Positions 19,328 to 27,572 of a stretch of 64,000 nucleotides of DNA are shown piece by piece. Under the pieces are notes generated by a model, which was not told the DNA's origin, ran no database searches, and was given only the letters and a program-made list of their open reading frames with translations. The stretch spans positions 2,572-66,571 of the forward strand of contig CAUWJP010000002.1 in NCBI GenBank assembly GCA_963559135.1, written 5' to 3'. The translations under genes were made by a program, and so were the position numbers. Source of the stretch: an uncultured Sellimonas sp. GTDB taxonomy: Bacteria > Bacillota > Clostridia > Lachnospirales > Lachnospiraceae. The first letter of the stretch is position 1; every line of letters begins with the position of its first letter.

Positions 19328-19905
19328 AAAAGAAACACTGGTATGACTATCTCTGGATCTGGTCCATCCTTTATTTTGCCCTTGGATTTTTCAATATTCT
19401 GTTTGCGTGGCTTGGAATGATCGATTTTCTTTTGCCGGTTCTGATTGCCTTATTTGGAAGAAATAAATACTTTTGCAATAACCTCTGCGGCAGAGGGCAG
19501 CTGTTTACAAAACTTGGAACGGACTGTAAATGTTCGAGAAATAAACTGGCTCCGCGATGGTTGAGTGCTAAATGGTTCCGTTATGGTTTCCTGATCTTCT
19601 TTTTACTGATGTTTGGAAACATGATTTTCCAGACCTATCTGATCGCATCCGGTGCCGGCAGTCTAAGGGAAGTAATCACCCTGTTCTGGACATTTCGTGT
19701 ACCATGGGGATGGACTTACACGGCAGGAACAGTACCTGAATGGATCGCTCAGTTCAGCTTTGGATTTTACAGCCTGATGCTGACTTCCACTCTGATCGGT
19801 CTGATCGTCATGGTTCTGTTCCGACCAAGAACCTGGTGTTCTTTCTGTCCGATGGGAACAATGACACAAGGCATATGCAAAATCAGGAATCGAAAAGATC
19901 TTTAA
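19324..19905 (+). CDS. Membrane 4Fe-4S-binding-domain protein
   Basis: ATGA overlap with the ferredoxin stop, four or five TM helices, and Cys clusters CNNLCGRGQ and CSFCPMG. Confidence 0.6.
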   Translation: MKKKHWYDYLWIWSILYFALGFFNILFAWLGMIDFLLPVLIALFGRNKYFCNNLCGRGQLFTKLGTDCKCSRNKLAPRWLSAKWFRYGFLIFFLLMFGNMIFQTYLIASGAGSLREVITLFWTFRVPWGWTYTAGTVPEWIAQFSFGFYSLMLTSTLIGLIVMVLFRPRTWCSFCPMGTMTQGICKIRNRKDL

Positions 19906-19912
19906 TTTTTTA

Positions 19913-19941
19913 TTGACAAAATGCTTTTCTCCGATTATACT
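19913..19941 (+). promoter_or_regulatory. Sigma-A-type promoter of the T-box leader
   Basis: TTGACA (19913..19918), a 17 nt spacer, then TATACT (19936..19941). Confidence 0.6.
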
Positions 19942-19947
19942 TTAAAG

Positions 19948-20218
19948 CATTAAATCGACAATAAAAAATCAAAGAAGAGAACAATGCCGTTTCTGCCGTA
20001 TATTTCAGAGAGTCTGCGTATGGTGCAAGCAGATATAGAAGCAGTTTCGGATATCATCTCCAAGATGCAGGCTGAACTTTCAGTAGGCTGTGCCGGCTTC
20101 CACCGTTATCCGGAAGGCGCATGATTGTGCGTTTGAGTGCTGTTATTTAACAGAAGTTGGGTGGTACCGCGGAATTTTCCGTCCCTTTCAGAATCAGGAT
20201 TCTGAGAGGGATTTTTTA
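19948..20218 (+). promoter_or_regulatory. T-box riboswitch leader (transcription attenuation type)
   Basis: AG bulge AGAGAG at 20007..20012, distal-loop GGTG at 20022..20025, T-box core AAGTTGGGTGGTACCGCGG at 20154..20172, and terminator CCCTTTCAGAATC/GATTCTGAGAGGG plus a T6 run at 20183..20217. Confidence 0.85.
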
Positions 20219-20249
20219 TTGTCAGAAAAACTATATGGAGGTTATCATC

Positions 20250-21266
20250 ATGAAAACACTACAAAAAGCAAGCAAATTTCTGTCCAATTACACTTCCTTT
20301 GTTGTAATTGCAATTGCCGTCGTCACTTTTCTTGTCCCTGCCATCATGAAATGGGTAAACTTTACCCTGTTCGTCGATCCTGTCTCCAATAAATTCACAT
20401 GGCAGTCGATCATCATTGGAATCATCATGTTCAGTATGGGGCTTACACTGACAAAAGAAGATTTTCATATTCTGGCTCAGAGACCGTTTGACATCTGCAT
20501 CGGAGCAATCGCGCAGTATCTGATCATGCCGTTTCTTGCATTTGCGATTTCAAAAGTCCTGAATCTTCCGGATGCCATTGCCCTGGGACTGATTCTTGTA
20601 GGATGCTGCCCGGGCGGTGTTTCCTCCAATATTATGTCTTACCTTTGTGGAGGGGATGTGGCATTTTCTGTCGGAATGACTACCGTTTCTACTTTACTTT
20701 CCCCGATTGCTACTCCACTTCTTGTGTCTTTCCTTGCAAGTGGAACCCAGATCACAATCAAGGGTATCCCGATGTTCGTATCCATCATAGAAACCGTCAT
20801 CCTTCCGGTCGCTCTCGGTTTTGTATTGAATTATTTTCTCGGAAAAAATAAACAGTTCCAAGAGTTCCAGAAAATTATGCCTGGTATCGCTGTTATTGGA
20901 TTATCCTGCGTAGTAGGAGGCGTCATCGCATCTCAGGGAGCAAACTTCTTCCAGTCCGGCATCGTCATCTTTGCAGCGGTTCTTCTTCACAATGGTCTTG
21001 GCTATCTGCTTGGATACTGTGCAGGAGCAGTTACGGGAATGAACTATTCAAAGAGAAAAACCATTTCCATCGAAGTCGGTATGCAAAATGCAGGTCTGGC
21101 AACAAACCTTGCAACTACAACCGCACAGTTTGCATCCGCTCCTCAGGCCGCAGTGATCTGTGCCGTATCCTGCGTATGGCACTCCATTTCCGGAACACTT
21201 CTCGCCGGATTTTTCTCCTTCAGAGATAAAAATAAAAAGACAGCAACAAAACCGGTGGAAGCGTAA
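20250..21266 (+). CDS. BASS/SBF-family (bile acid:sodium symporter fold) transporter, substrate unknown
   Basis: About 10 TM helices, family-typical GLILVGCCPGGVSSN and GMQNAGLA motifs, and a start at ATG 20250 after GGAGG. Confidence 0.8.
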   Translation: MKTLQKASKFLSNYTSFVVIAIAVVTFLVPAIMKWVNFTLFVDPVSNKFTWQSIIIGIIMFSMGLTLTKEDFHILAQRPFDICIGAIAQYLIMPFLAFAISKVLNLPDAIALGLILVGCCPGGVSSNIMSYLCGGDVAFSVGMTTVSTLLSPIATPLLVSFLASGTQITIKGIPMFVSIIETVILPVALGFVLNYFLGKNKQFQEFQKIMPGIAVIGLSCVVGGVIASQGANFFQSGIVIFAAVLLHNGLGYLLGYCAGAVTGMNYSKRKTISIEVGMQNAGLATNLATTTAQFASAPQAAVICAVSCVWHSISGTLLAGFFSFRDKNKKTATKPVEA

Positions 21267-21280
21267 AACTTTTTATAAAA

Positions 21281-21340
21281 ATATCCAGTAGACTGTTTTC
21301 CTAAAGTAAAACAAACCGGTCTACTGGATATTCTCTTTTT
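21281..21340. terminator. Bidirectional intrinsic terminator between convergent genes
   Basis: A 13 bp perfect stem, ATATCCAGTAGAC / GTCTACTGGATAT, flanked by A/T runs on both sides. Confidence 0.7.
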
Positions 21341-21377
21341 AGCAAATAATTTATGATTTCTTTTGTCCGCTATAATC

Positions 21378-23186
21378 TTATTCCTTGCTTTTTTCTATCT
21401 TCCTAATCTTCTTCTCTCTGATCTCTTCGAGAATCTCCTCCAGAAATCTCTCGACTGTTTTAGTTCCTTCCTCTCCCAGATATCGGCTTCTCACGGACAC
21501 TGTCTCGTCTTCTTCTTCTTTTGCTCCTACAATTAACATATATGGTACTTTCTCAAGACGAGCCTCCCTGATCTTATATCCCATTTTCTCGGATCGTTCA
21601 TCTGTCGAACACCGGATTCTCTCTTTTTTCAGTTTCTTTTCAATCTTTTCTGCATAATCATGAAACTTTTCGGATACGGGGATGATCCTCACTTGTTCCG
21701 GACACAGCCATGTAGGGAAAAGCCCTTTGTATTTTTCAATCAGCCATGCCAATGTTCTTTCATAACATCCGATGGACGTTCTGTGGATAATATAAGGGCG
21801 TTTCTTCTCTCCATTCTGATCAATGTAATACATATCAAACTGCTCCGCCAGCAGTGCATCCCACTGAATTGTGATCATCGTATCTTCTTTTCCATATACA
21901 TTTCTGGCATTGATATCTACTTTTGGCCCATAAAATGCTGCCTCGCCTACATCTTCCACAAACGGGATACCAAGTTCTCTTAACATTGTCCGGATGTGTT
22001 CCTCTGTTTCCTCCCATACTTCAGGATCTCCGATATATTTCTCCGTATTTTCCGGATCCCATTTTGACAGATGATATGTGACATCTTCCTCAAGTCCCAA
22101 TACTTGAAGGCAGTGCTGCGCCAGTGCAATACAATCTTTGAATTCTTTTACCATCTGATCCGAACGGACAATCAGATGCCCCTCTGAAATAGTAAACTGT
22201 CTTACTCTTGTCAGTCCATGCATCTCACCGGAATCTTCGTTGCGGAATAATGTAGATGTCTCACTGTAACGCAGTGGGAGTTCACGATAGCTGTGTCTTT
22301 CTGCCTTATACACATAATATTGAAACGGGCAGGTCATCGGGCGGAGAGCAAATACTTCTTTGTCTTTTTCTTTGTCTCCCAGGACAAACATTCCCTCCTT
22401 ATAATGATCCCAGTGCCCGGATATTTTATACAGATCACTCTTTGCCATAAGAGGAGTTTTCGTACGAATGTATCCCCACTCATTGTCCTCCAGATCCTCA
22501 ATCCATCTTTGGAGTTCTTTGATAATGATTGTCCCCTTTGGCATCAGTAAAGGCAGACCTTGCCCAATTACTTCCGCTGTTGTAAATAATTTCATCTCTC
22601 GCCCAAGTTTATTGTGATCGCGTGCCTTTATCTCTTCCAAAATCTCCAGATACTTCTGAAGAGCTTCTTTTGTTCCAAAAGCAGTTCCATAAATACGCGC
22701 GAGCATTGGATTCTTCTCATTTCCTTTCCAGTATGCCCCCGAAGAAGACAACAGTCGAAATGCTTTAACTCCTTTCGTACTGATCAAGTGTAAGCCTACA
22801 TACAAGTCTTCCCAGCTGTCATGTGAATACAGAAATACTTTCCCTCTGTCCCCCTGTTCTTTCAGCCTTTCCACCTGATATGATTCCCCACGTTTTTGAA
22901 AATCAGCAATCGCTTCCTCCCATATTTTAGGTTTCCTCTCTATCTTTCCTCCCCTTTTGATGATTCTTTTCATCTCCGCTTCAATTGCATCCAAATCTTT
23001 TTGCGAGAACGGCGCATGATCAAAATCATAATAAAAGCCGTTTTCGGTCAGAGAACCACCTGCTGCTTTTGCATCCGGGAAAAGTGTTTGCACTGCTTCT
23101 GCAAGAATACAGGACGCAGTATTTCTCAGAACGGACAGATCGTCCGAATACTCTTTTGTAGTTCCGTCTTTTAATGTGATAATCAT
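21378..23186 (-). CDS. thrS: Threonyl-tRNA synthetase, atypical (short N-terminus, degenerate editing motifs)
   Basis: Class II core motifs are present (RPMTCPFQ, FRNEDSGEMHGLTRVRQF, IIHRTSIGCYER) and there is an anticodon-binding C-terminus. 602 aa. Confidence 0.9.
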   Translation of the reverse strand: MIITLKDGTTKEYSDDLSVLRNTASCILAEAVQTLFPDAKAAGGSLTENGFYYDFDHAPFSQKDLDAIEAEMKRIIKRGGKIERKPKIWEEAIADFQKRGESYQVERLKEQGDRGKVFLYSHDSWEDLYVGLHLISTKGVKAFRLLSSSGAYWKGNEKNPMLARIYGTAFGTKEALQKYLEILEEIKARDHNKLGREMKLFTTAEVIGQGLPLLMPKGTIIIKELQRWIEDLEDNEWGYIRTKTPLMAKSDLYKISGHWDHYKEGMFVLGDKEKDKEVFALRPMTCPFQYYVYKAERHSYRELPLRYSETSTLFRNEDSGEMHGLTRVRQFTISEGHLIVRSDQMVKEFKDCIALAQHCLQVLGLEEDVTYHLSKWDPENTEKYIGDPEVWEETEEHIRTMLRELGIPFVEDVGEAAFYGPKVDINARNVYGKEDTMITIQWDALLAEQFDMYYIDQNGEKKRPYIIHRTSIGCYERTLAWLIEKYKGLFPTWLCPEQVRIIPVSEKFHDYAEKIEKKLKKERIRCSTDERSEKMGYKIREARLEKVPYMLIVGAKEEEDETVSVRSRYLGEEGTKTVERFLEEILEEIREKKIRKIEKSKE

Positions 23187-23189
23187 ACT

Positions 23190-23470
23190 CCATACCTTCC
23201 TTTCTTAAAAATAAAAAGCCCATCCCTATGATCACAATCAATCATAAGGGACGAGCTGATATTTGCACCGCGGTTCCACCCTTCTTGCCTTTTCTGACAG
23301 AAAAAGCCGCTTTCCTGATGATAACGGAATCACCGGACCGGATTGGGGCCACTCCGAGTTGGTCTTCAAATGTCCTGACAATAAGATGCTTCCACCACCG
23401 TCTGATTCCGGGCATCTCTCTCTGTAAAGCTCAACATTCTACTCTTCTCTTCCACGTGTTTTCTTATTTT
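23190..23470 (-). promoter_or_regulatory. T-box riboswitch leader of thrS (Thr, ACC specifier)
   Basis: On the minus strand: AGAGAGA AG bulge (23415..23423), GGTGG distal loop, GAAGACCAAC with ACC at 23361..23363, T-box core GGGTGGAACCGCGGTG (23264..23280), and terminator CCCTTATGAT...ATCATAGGG plus a T-run (23207..23250). Confidence 0.85.
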
Positions 23471-23476
23471 CTCTTT

Positions 23477-23504
23477 ATTCTAACACAGGTATCTAATTTG
23501 TCAA
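23477..23504 (-). promoter_or_regulatory. Sigma-A-type promoter of the thrS leader
   Basis: Minus strand: TTGACA (23504..23499), a 16 nt spacer, then TAGAAT (23482..23477). Confidence 0.5.
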
Positions 23505-23541
23505 TCCTTTTATCTCCTTCATTCAATAAGACTGATTTTTC

Positions 23542-23649
23542 TCACATCCTATTCTCGATATTCTTCATCAAATCCTCTATCACTTCTGTCTGACCTGTTT
23601 CCGTCTGGATTCCCAATTCCCGGCAAGTCTGCTCCAGTGCCTTGATTAT
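23542..23649 (-). pseudogene. Orphan 3'-terminal gene fragment (35 codons plus stop) duplicating the end of 32487..33509
   Basis: Of the 108 aligned positions, 106 are identical to 32487..32594; the two differences are one in the stop codon (TGA versus TAA) and one synonymous. It would encode ...IIKALEQTCRELGIQTETGQTEVIEDLMKNIENRM*. Homology decays over the next ~17 bp and there is no upstream coding continuation. Confidence 0.8.
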
Positions 23650-23666
23650 ATGCGGATTCTCAGGTG

Positions 23667-23706
23667 AATGGGGACGTGTACCCGTTCATCGGTACACGTC
23701 CCCATT
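23667..23706. repeat. GC-rich perfect palindrome (REP-like element, copy A)
   Basis: AATGGGGACGTGTACC, an 8 nt loop, then GGTACACGTCCCCATT. The 16 bp perfect stem shares the core GGGGACGTGT-N-CC with 59390..59429. Confidence 0.7.
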
Positions 23707-23737
23707 GGAAAATCTGTATTTTTTCGTACAATTTGTT

Positions 23738-25492
23738 TTATCTTCTTCTGATCAGTACTCCTTTTGGATATAACTTTTTATTTTTATGTTGTCTCTCGAA
23801 GAGTATTTCTCCTGTTTCTTGTACAGTTACCAATGTTTCGCCGCAGTTCAGCAGGACTTCGATTTTATTTTGTCCTTTATCTAATTTAATGTACTGTACA
23901 AGTCTTGATTCATCATATTCTTCCGGGAAATGAAAATACAAACTCCTGAATGCCGGTTCTGTTTTTCTTAAATGGATAAGTTTTTGAATTTCCTTTATTC
24001 GTTTCTGATTTTCTTCGCTCCGAATATTATCCCATGGCATGCATCTTCGGCAGTCCGGGTCGAAACTTCCCTCCATAGCAATTTCTGTTCCATAATAAAT
24101 GCACGGGCTTCCCGGCATGGTAAACAGAATTGCCAACTGTTGATAAAAAATATCCAAATCGTGGAATCGATTCATAAGACGTTCTGTATCGTGGGAATCC
24201 AGAAGATTGAAAAGTACATTATTGCACTGCTGCATGTACATTGTGTAGCAGCGATTTACCATATACTCGAAATCTTCTTTTTTCATGGTTAGATCAATGA
24301 AGAAATCGTGGATCCCGCTCATAAGCGGGTAGTTCATGACAGAATCGTACTCATCTCCCGCCAGCCACTGGCTTGCGTCATGCCAGATTTCTCCGAGGAG
24401 ATAGATGTCCGGCTTAATCTTTTTTACATGTTCCCGGATGCGTTTCAGGAAACGGTGGGACACTTCATTTCCCACGTCAAAACGGATACCGTCAATATCA
24501 TAATCCCGGATCCATCCTTCACAGATATCCTGAAAATAACGGATCACTTCCTCATTATTGGTATTCAGTTTCGGCATTTTATCTGCAAAAGCAAAGGAAT
24601 AATACCTTCCGTCTCTCGTGCTTGCTTCTTTGTCAAGAAGTGTCCAGTCATTGACCATAAACCATCCGGCATAGCGGGATACTTCCCCCTTCTCCTTCAC
24701 GTCCAGCCACGGTCCAAAATCTTTCCCGCAGTGGTTGAACACCGCATCGACCATGACACGAATACCATGTTCATGCGCCTCCTTCACGAGACGTTTCATC
24801 GTCTTTTCATCCCCAAACTGCGGATCAATCTTTGTATAATCTTTTGTATCGTATTTGTGGTTGGAGTCCGCCTCCATGATCGGATTCAGATAAATCCCTG
24901 TAATACCAAGTTCCTGCAAATACGGAAGTTTCTGCCGGATTCCTTCCAGATTTCCACCGTACCGTTCCTCGTTGCGGACTTCCCCTTCATTTTTCCAAGG
25001 CAGAATTCCTTCTCTTCCATCCCCCGGTGTCCCGTTGCAGAATCGATCCGGAAAAATCTGATACCATACCGTATCATTCACCCAGTCCGGTGTCTTATTG
25101 ACATCCGCCGGATTTATCCACGGTACGATAAAACATTGGAGCATTCTTCCATCCATTTCCATCTGTTCTTTCGTCAGAAATCCGTCTTCGAAATAGTACC
25201 ATACTTCATCGTCGGTATGCAGTTCGAAATAATACTTGCAACGTTTATATTTTGGCACCAACGTTGTGGTCCACCAGATCTGATGTTTCAGGCGTTTTTT
25301 ATAGACAATCTCTTCTCTCGTCCCCGTCCACTTTTCATTGCCTCCGAGGATTCCTGTCTCAAAAGGATCCCCATAATAAAGAAATACCTGTTTGACATCA
25401 TATCCTGTCTTCAGATTGACGATCAGTTCCGATTCGTTCAGTGCATAGCTCATCTGTTCGGTTGTTCTATGATAAACTCCCGTAAATTCCAT
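23738..25492 (-). CDS. GH13 alpha-amylase-family enzyme (cyclomaltodextrinase / neopullulanase / maltogenic amylase type)
   Basis: A neopullulanase-type N-domain, plus GH13 regions DAVFNH, GIRFDVGNE, LLGEIWH and LLDSHDTER. Confidence 0.85.
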   Translation of the reverse strand: MEFTGVYHRTTEQMSYALNESELIVNLKTGYDVKQVFLYYGDPFETGILGGNEKWTGTREEIVYKKRLKHQIWWTTTLVPKYKRCKYYFELHTDDEVWYYFEDGFLTKEQMEMDGRMLQCFIVPWINPADVNKTPDWVNDTVWYQIFPDRFCNGTPGDGREGILPWKNEGEVRNEERYGGNLEGIRQKLPYLQELGITGIYLNPIMEADSNHKYDTKDYTKIDPQFGDEKTMKRLVKEAHEHGIRVMVDAVFNHCGKDFGPWLDVKEKGEVSRYAGWFMVNDWTLLDKEASTRDGRYYSFAFADKMPKLNTNNEEVIRYFQDICEGWIRDYDIDGIRFDVGNEVSHRFLKRIREHVKKIKPDIYLLGEIWHDASQWLAGDEYDSVMNYPLMSGIHDFFIDLTMKKEDFEYMVNRCYTMYMQQCNNVLFNLLDSHDTERLMNRFHDLDIFYQQLAILFTMPGSPCIYYGTEIAMEGSFDPDCRRCMPWDNIRSEENQKRIKEIQKLIHLRKTEPAFRSLYFHFPEEYDESRLVQYIKLDKGQNKIEVLLNCGETLVTVQETGEILFERQHKNKKLYPKGVLIRRR

Positions 25493-25498
25493 CTTCTA

Positions 25499-26956
25499 TC
25501 AGTCCCTTTCTGCCATTGCTTTTCGATAGTGTCTTAATTCTTTTTTTGCCTGTTCAAAATCCGGCATCCTCCATTCCCAGTTCGGGGAACCTACGGTGCC
25601 TGGAGTATTGATATGTCCTTCTTTTCCAAGTCCCAACAGATCCGCCATCGGGATAATCGCATACTCCGCCTTGCTTCGTAAGGTGTATGTGAGTAATCTG
25701 TCTTTCACAGATCCCTGCTTAATCCCCTCCCGTGCGAGGAATCGACGTACTTTCCTTTTCGCAGCTGTACTCAGTCCTTCGTACCACTGCATCAATGTAT
25801 CATTATCGTGTGTCCCTGTATAAATGATCATGTTTTCCACATCATGGAAGCTGTCATAGGCATATTTTCCACCGGTTTCAATGGAAAAAACAAGTATCTT
25901 CATCCCTTTTAACTGATAGTGCTCTTTCAGCGTCAAAACTTCCGGTCTGAGTTCCCCCAGATCTTCCGCCACAAGATTCAATCCTTCAATTTTTCCCTTG
26001 AGTGTATCAATCACTTCATAACCCGGTGCCTCGATCCATTCGCCCTCTATCGCAGTAGGACAGCTCGCCGGAATTTTCCAGAATGTATCAAACGCCCGGA
26101 AATGATCAATACGGATAATATCAAACAGTTTCTGGCTGTAACCTATCCGGTCTGTCCAGAACTGATAATCATGCTCCTTCATGTAATCCCAGTCATAGAT
26201 CGGATTTCCCCATCTTTGTCCGGTCTCACTAAAATAATCAGGCGGCACGCCTGCAATAAAGATCGGTCTTCCGTCCGTGTCCAGGAGGAAATTGTCTTTT
26301 CCGCCCCATACGTCAACGGAATCCACTCCCACATAAAATGGAACATCACCCATAATCTGTATGCCGTTTTCATTTGCTTTTCTCTTTACTTCCATCCACT
26401 GGACAAAAAATTCATACTGGAGGAACATCTGATATGCCGCCTCTTCTTCTTTTTCTTTATCAAGTGGAGCCGGGACTTCCGGCCATGCCTTGTCCGCATC
26501 GTTCCACTCATTCCAGCAGATATTTCCATTTGCCTTTTTCAAGGCACGGAACACCGCATATTCATATACCCACGGCTGTCTTGTAAACTCCCGGTATTCT
26601 TCCGTCTCATGGAAATTAGAAAAAGCTTCTTTCAGATATGGCTCCTTGAACGCCCGGACTGCATCGTAATCCACCATTTTTGCATTTTCCCGGAAAGAAG
26701 GTGCTTTCTCTCCCAGCATTCCTTTCTCATAAAGCAGGTCCAGACTGATATAAATCTCATCTCCTGCACAGGACGAATACGGCTGATACGGGGAATTCCC
26801 GTATCCTACCGGATTCAGCGGAAGAATCTGCCATATCTTCACGCCATTTTCTTTTAATGCATTAACAAATTCGTATGCATATTCCCCCAACTCTCCTACT
26901 CCCGTCCGCGACGGAAGCGCAGAGACCGGCATCAAAATTCCTGTTTCTCTCATCAT
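25499..26956 (-). CDS. malQ: 4-alpha-glucanotransferase (amylomaltase, GH77)
   Basis: GILMPVSALPS, WQILPLNP, IRIDHFRAF, VAEDLG and TGTHDNDT motifs. The start is at ATGATG 26956 after AAGGGGA. Confidence 0.9.
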   Translation of the reverse strand: MMRETGILMPVSALPSRTGVGELGEYAYEFVNALKENGVKIWQILPLNPVGYGNSPYQPYSSCAGDEIYISLDLLYEKGMLGEKAPSFRENAKMVDYDAVRAFKEPYLKEAFSNFHETEEYREFTRQPWVYEYAVFRALKKANGNICWNEWNDADKAWPEVPAPLDKEKEEEAAYQMFLQYEFFVQWMEVKRKANENGIQIMGDVPFYVGVDSVDVWGGKDNFLLDTDGRPIFIAGVPPDYFSETGQRWGNPIYDWDYMKEHDYQFWTDRIGYSQKLFDIIRIDHFRAFDTFWKIPASCPTAIEGEWIEAPGYEVIDTLKGKIEGLNLVAEDLGELRPEVLTLKEHYQLKGMKILVFSIETGGKYAYDSFHDVENMIIYTGTHDNDTLMQWYEGLSTAAKRKVRRFLAREGIKQGSVKDRLLTYTLRSKAEYAIIPMADLLGLGKEGHINTPGTVGSPNWEWRMPDFEQAKKELRHYRKAMAERD

Positions 26957-27170
26957 TGATCCCCTTTCATTCCGCACCTGTTCTAAAGATGCCAGATGTC
27001 ATTGTTATATTCCCGTATTGTCCGGTCAGAGGAGAAGAAGCCTGCTTTCATGATGCTTTTCCCATACTTCTTCTACAGTAATTCCTTTAATAACTGTTGT
27101 ATCTTGGGTCCCTTTCAGATGCGTCTTTTAGTTTACCATGTTTCATCTGCAGAGCAACGCTTTACATAAG

Positions 27171-27227
27171 AACACCTGTGGGATGTACTCCATCACAATT
27201 CAATGTCGTATTCTCACAGGTGTTTTT
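27171..27227. terminator. Hairpin between PTS-IIA and malQ; the U-tract is only on the plus strand
   Basis: AACACCTGTG (27171..27180) pairs with CACAGGTGTT (27215..27224), followed by TTTTT. It lies 14 nt downstream of the minus-strand IIA stop. Confidence 0.35.
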
Positions 27228-27237
27228 ATAATATGTA

Positions 27238-27558
27238 TCAATCCTGAACATCAAGTAACTTTTTATATACTTCAATAAACTCTTCTGCCATAATTCGGAA
27301 TGTCTCAGCACTCATCAGCTGATCTTCCGCATGCATCAATATCAATCCTGATTGATTCAATTCTCCATTGGCATCCTGTGCCAGCAGATCCGCATGGATA
27401 TGATGGCCTTCAGTAAAAGCCTCATCTCCCTGTCTGATCAGTTCCTGTGCTTCTTCAAAGTTCCCCTTTTTCGCACATTGCACTGCATTAATAAAACAGG
27501 ATCTCGCGGTACCCACATAGGTAATAATACCAAAACATGCTGTTTCAAATGATTCCAT
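27238..27558 (-). CDS. PTS lactose/cellobiose-family EIIA
   Basis: 106 aa helical EIIA with the conserved region IHADLLAQDA...LILMHAEDQLMSAE. Confidence 0.85.
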   Translation of the reverse strand: MESFETACFGIITYVGTARSCFINAVQCAKKGNFEEAQELIRQGDEAFTEGHHIHADLLAQDANGELNQSGLILMHAEDQLMSAETFRIMAEEFIEVYKKLLDVQD

Positions 27559-27572
27559 CTTTCTGCCCCTTT

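Noticed and set aside
20250-21266. Annotating the BASS-family gene as a bile acid transporter.
   Set aside because: The family name reflects the fold only. T-box control argues for an amino-acid-related substrate, so the substrate is left open.
23228-23593. A 121-aa plus-strand ORF spanning the thrS upstream region.
   Set aside because: It overlaps the minus-strand T-box leader and promoter and the duplicated fragment. Its C-terminus (FFIKSSITSV) is simply the antisense reading of the repeat, and the same tail appears in ORF 32071..32538.
27171-27227. A plus-strand-oriented terminator that would imply an unannotated plus-strand transcript or sRNA between malQ and the PTS genes.
   Set aside because: No convincing plus-strand promoter or ORF lies upstream; the 26875..27081 ORF lacks an RBS. 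The hairpin may simply serve the minus-strand PTS operon despite its poor U-tract.
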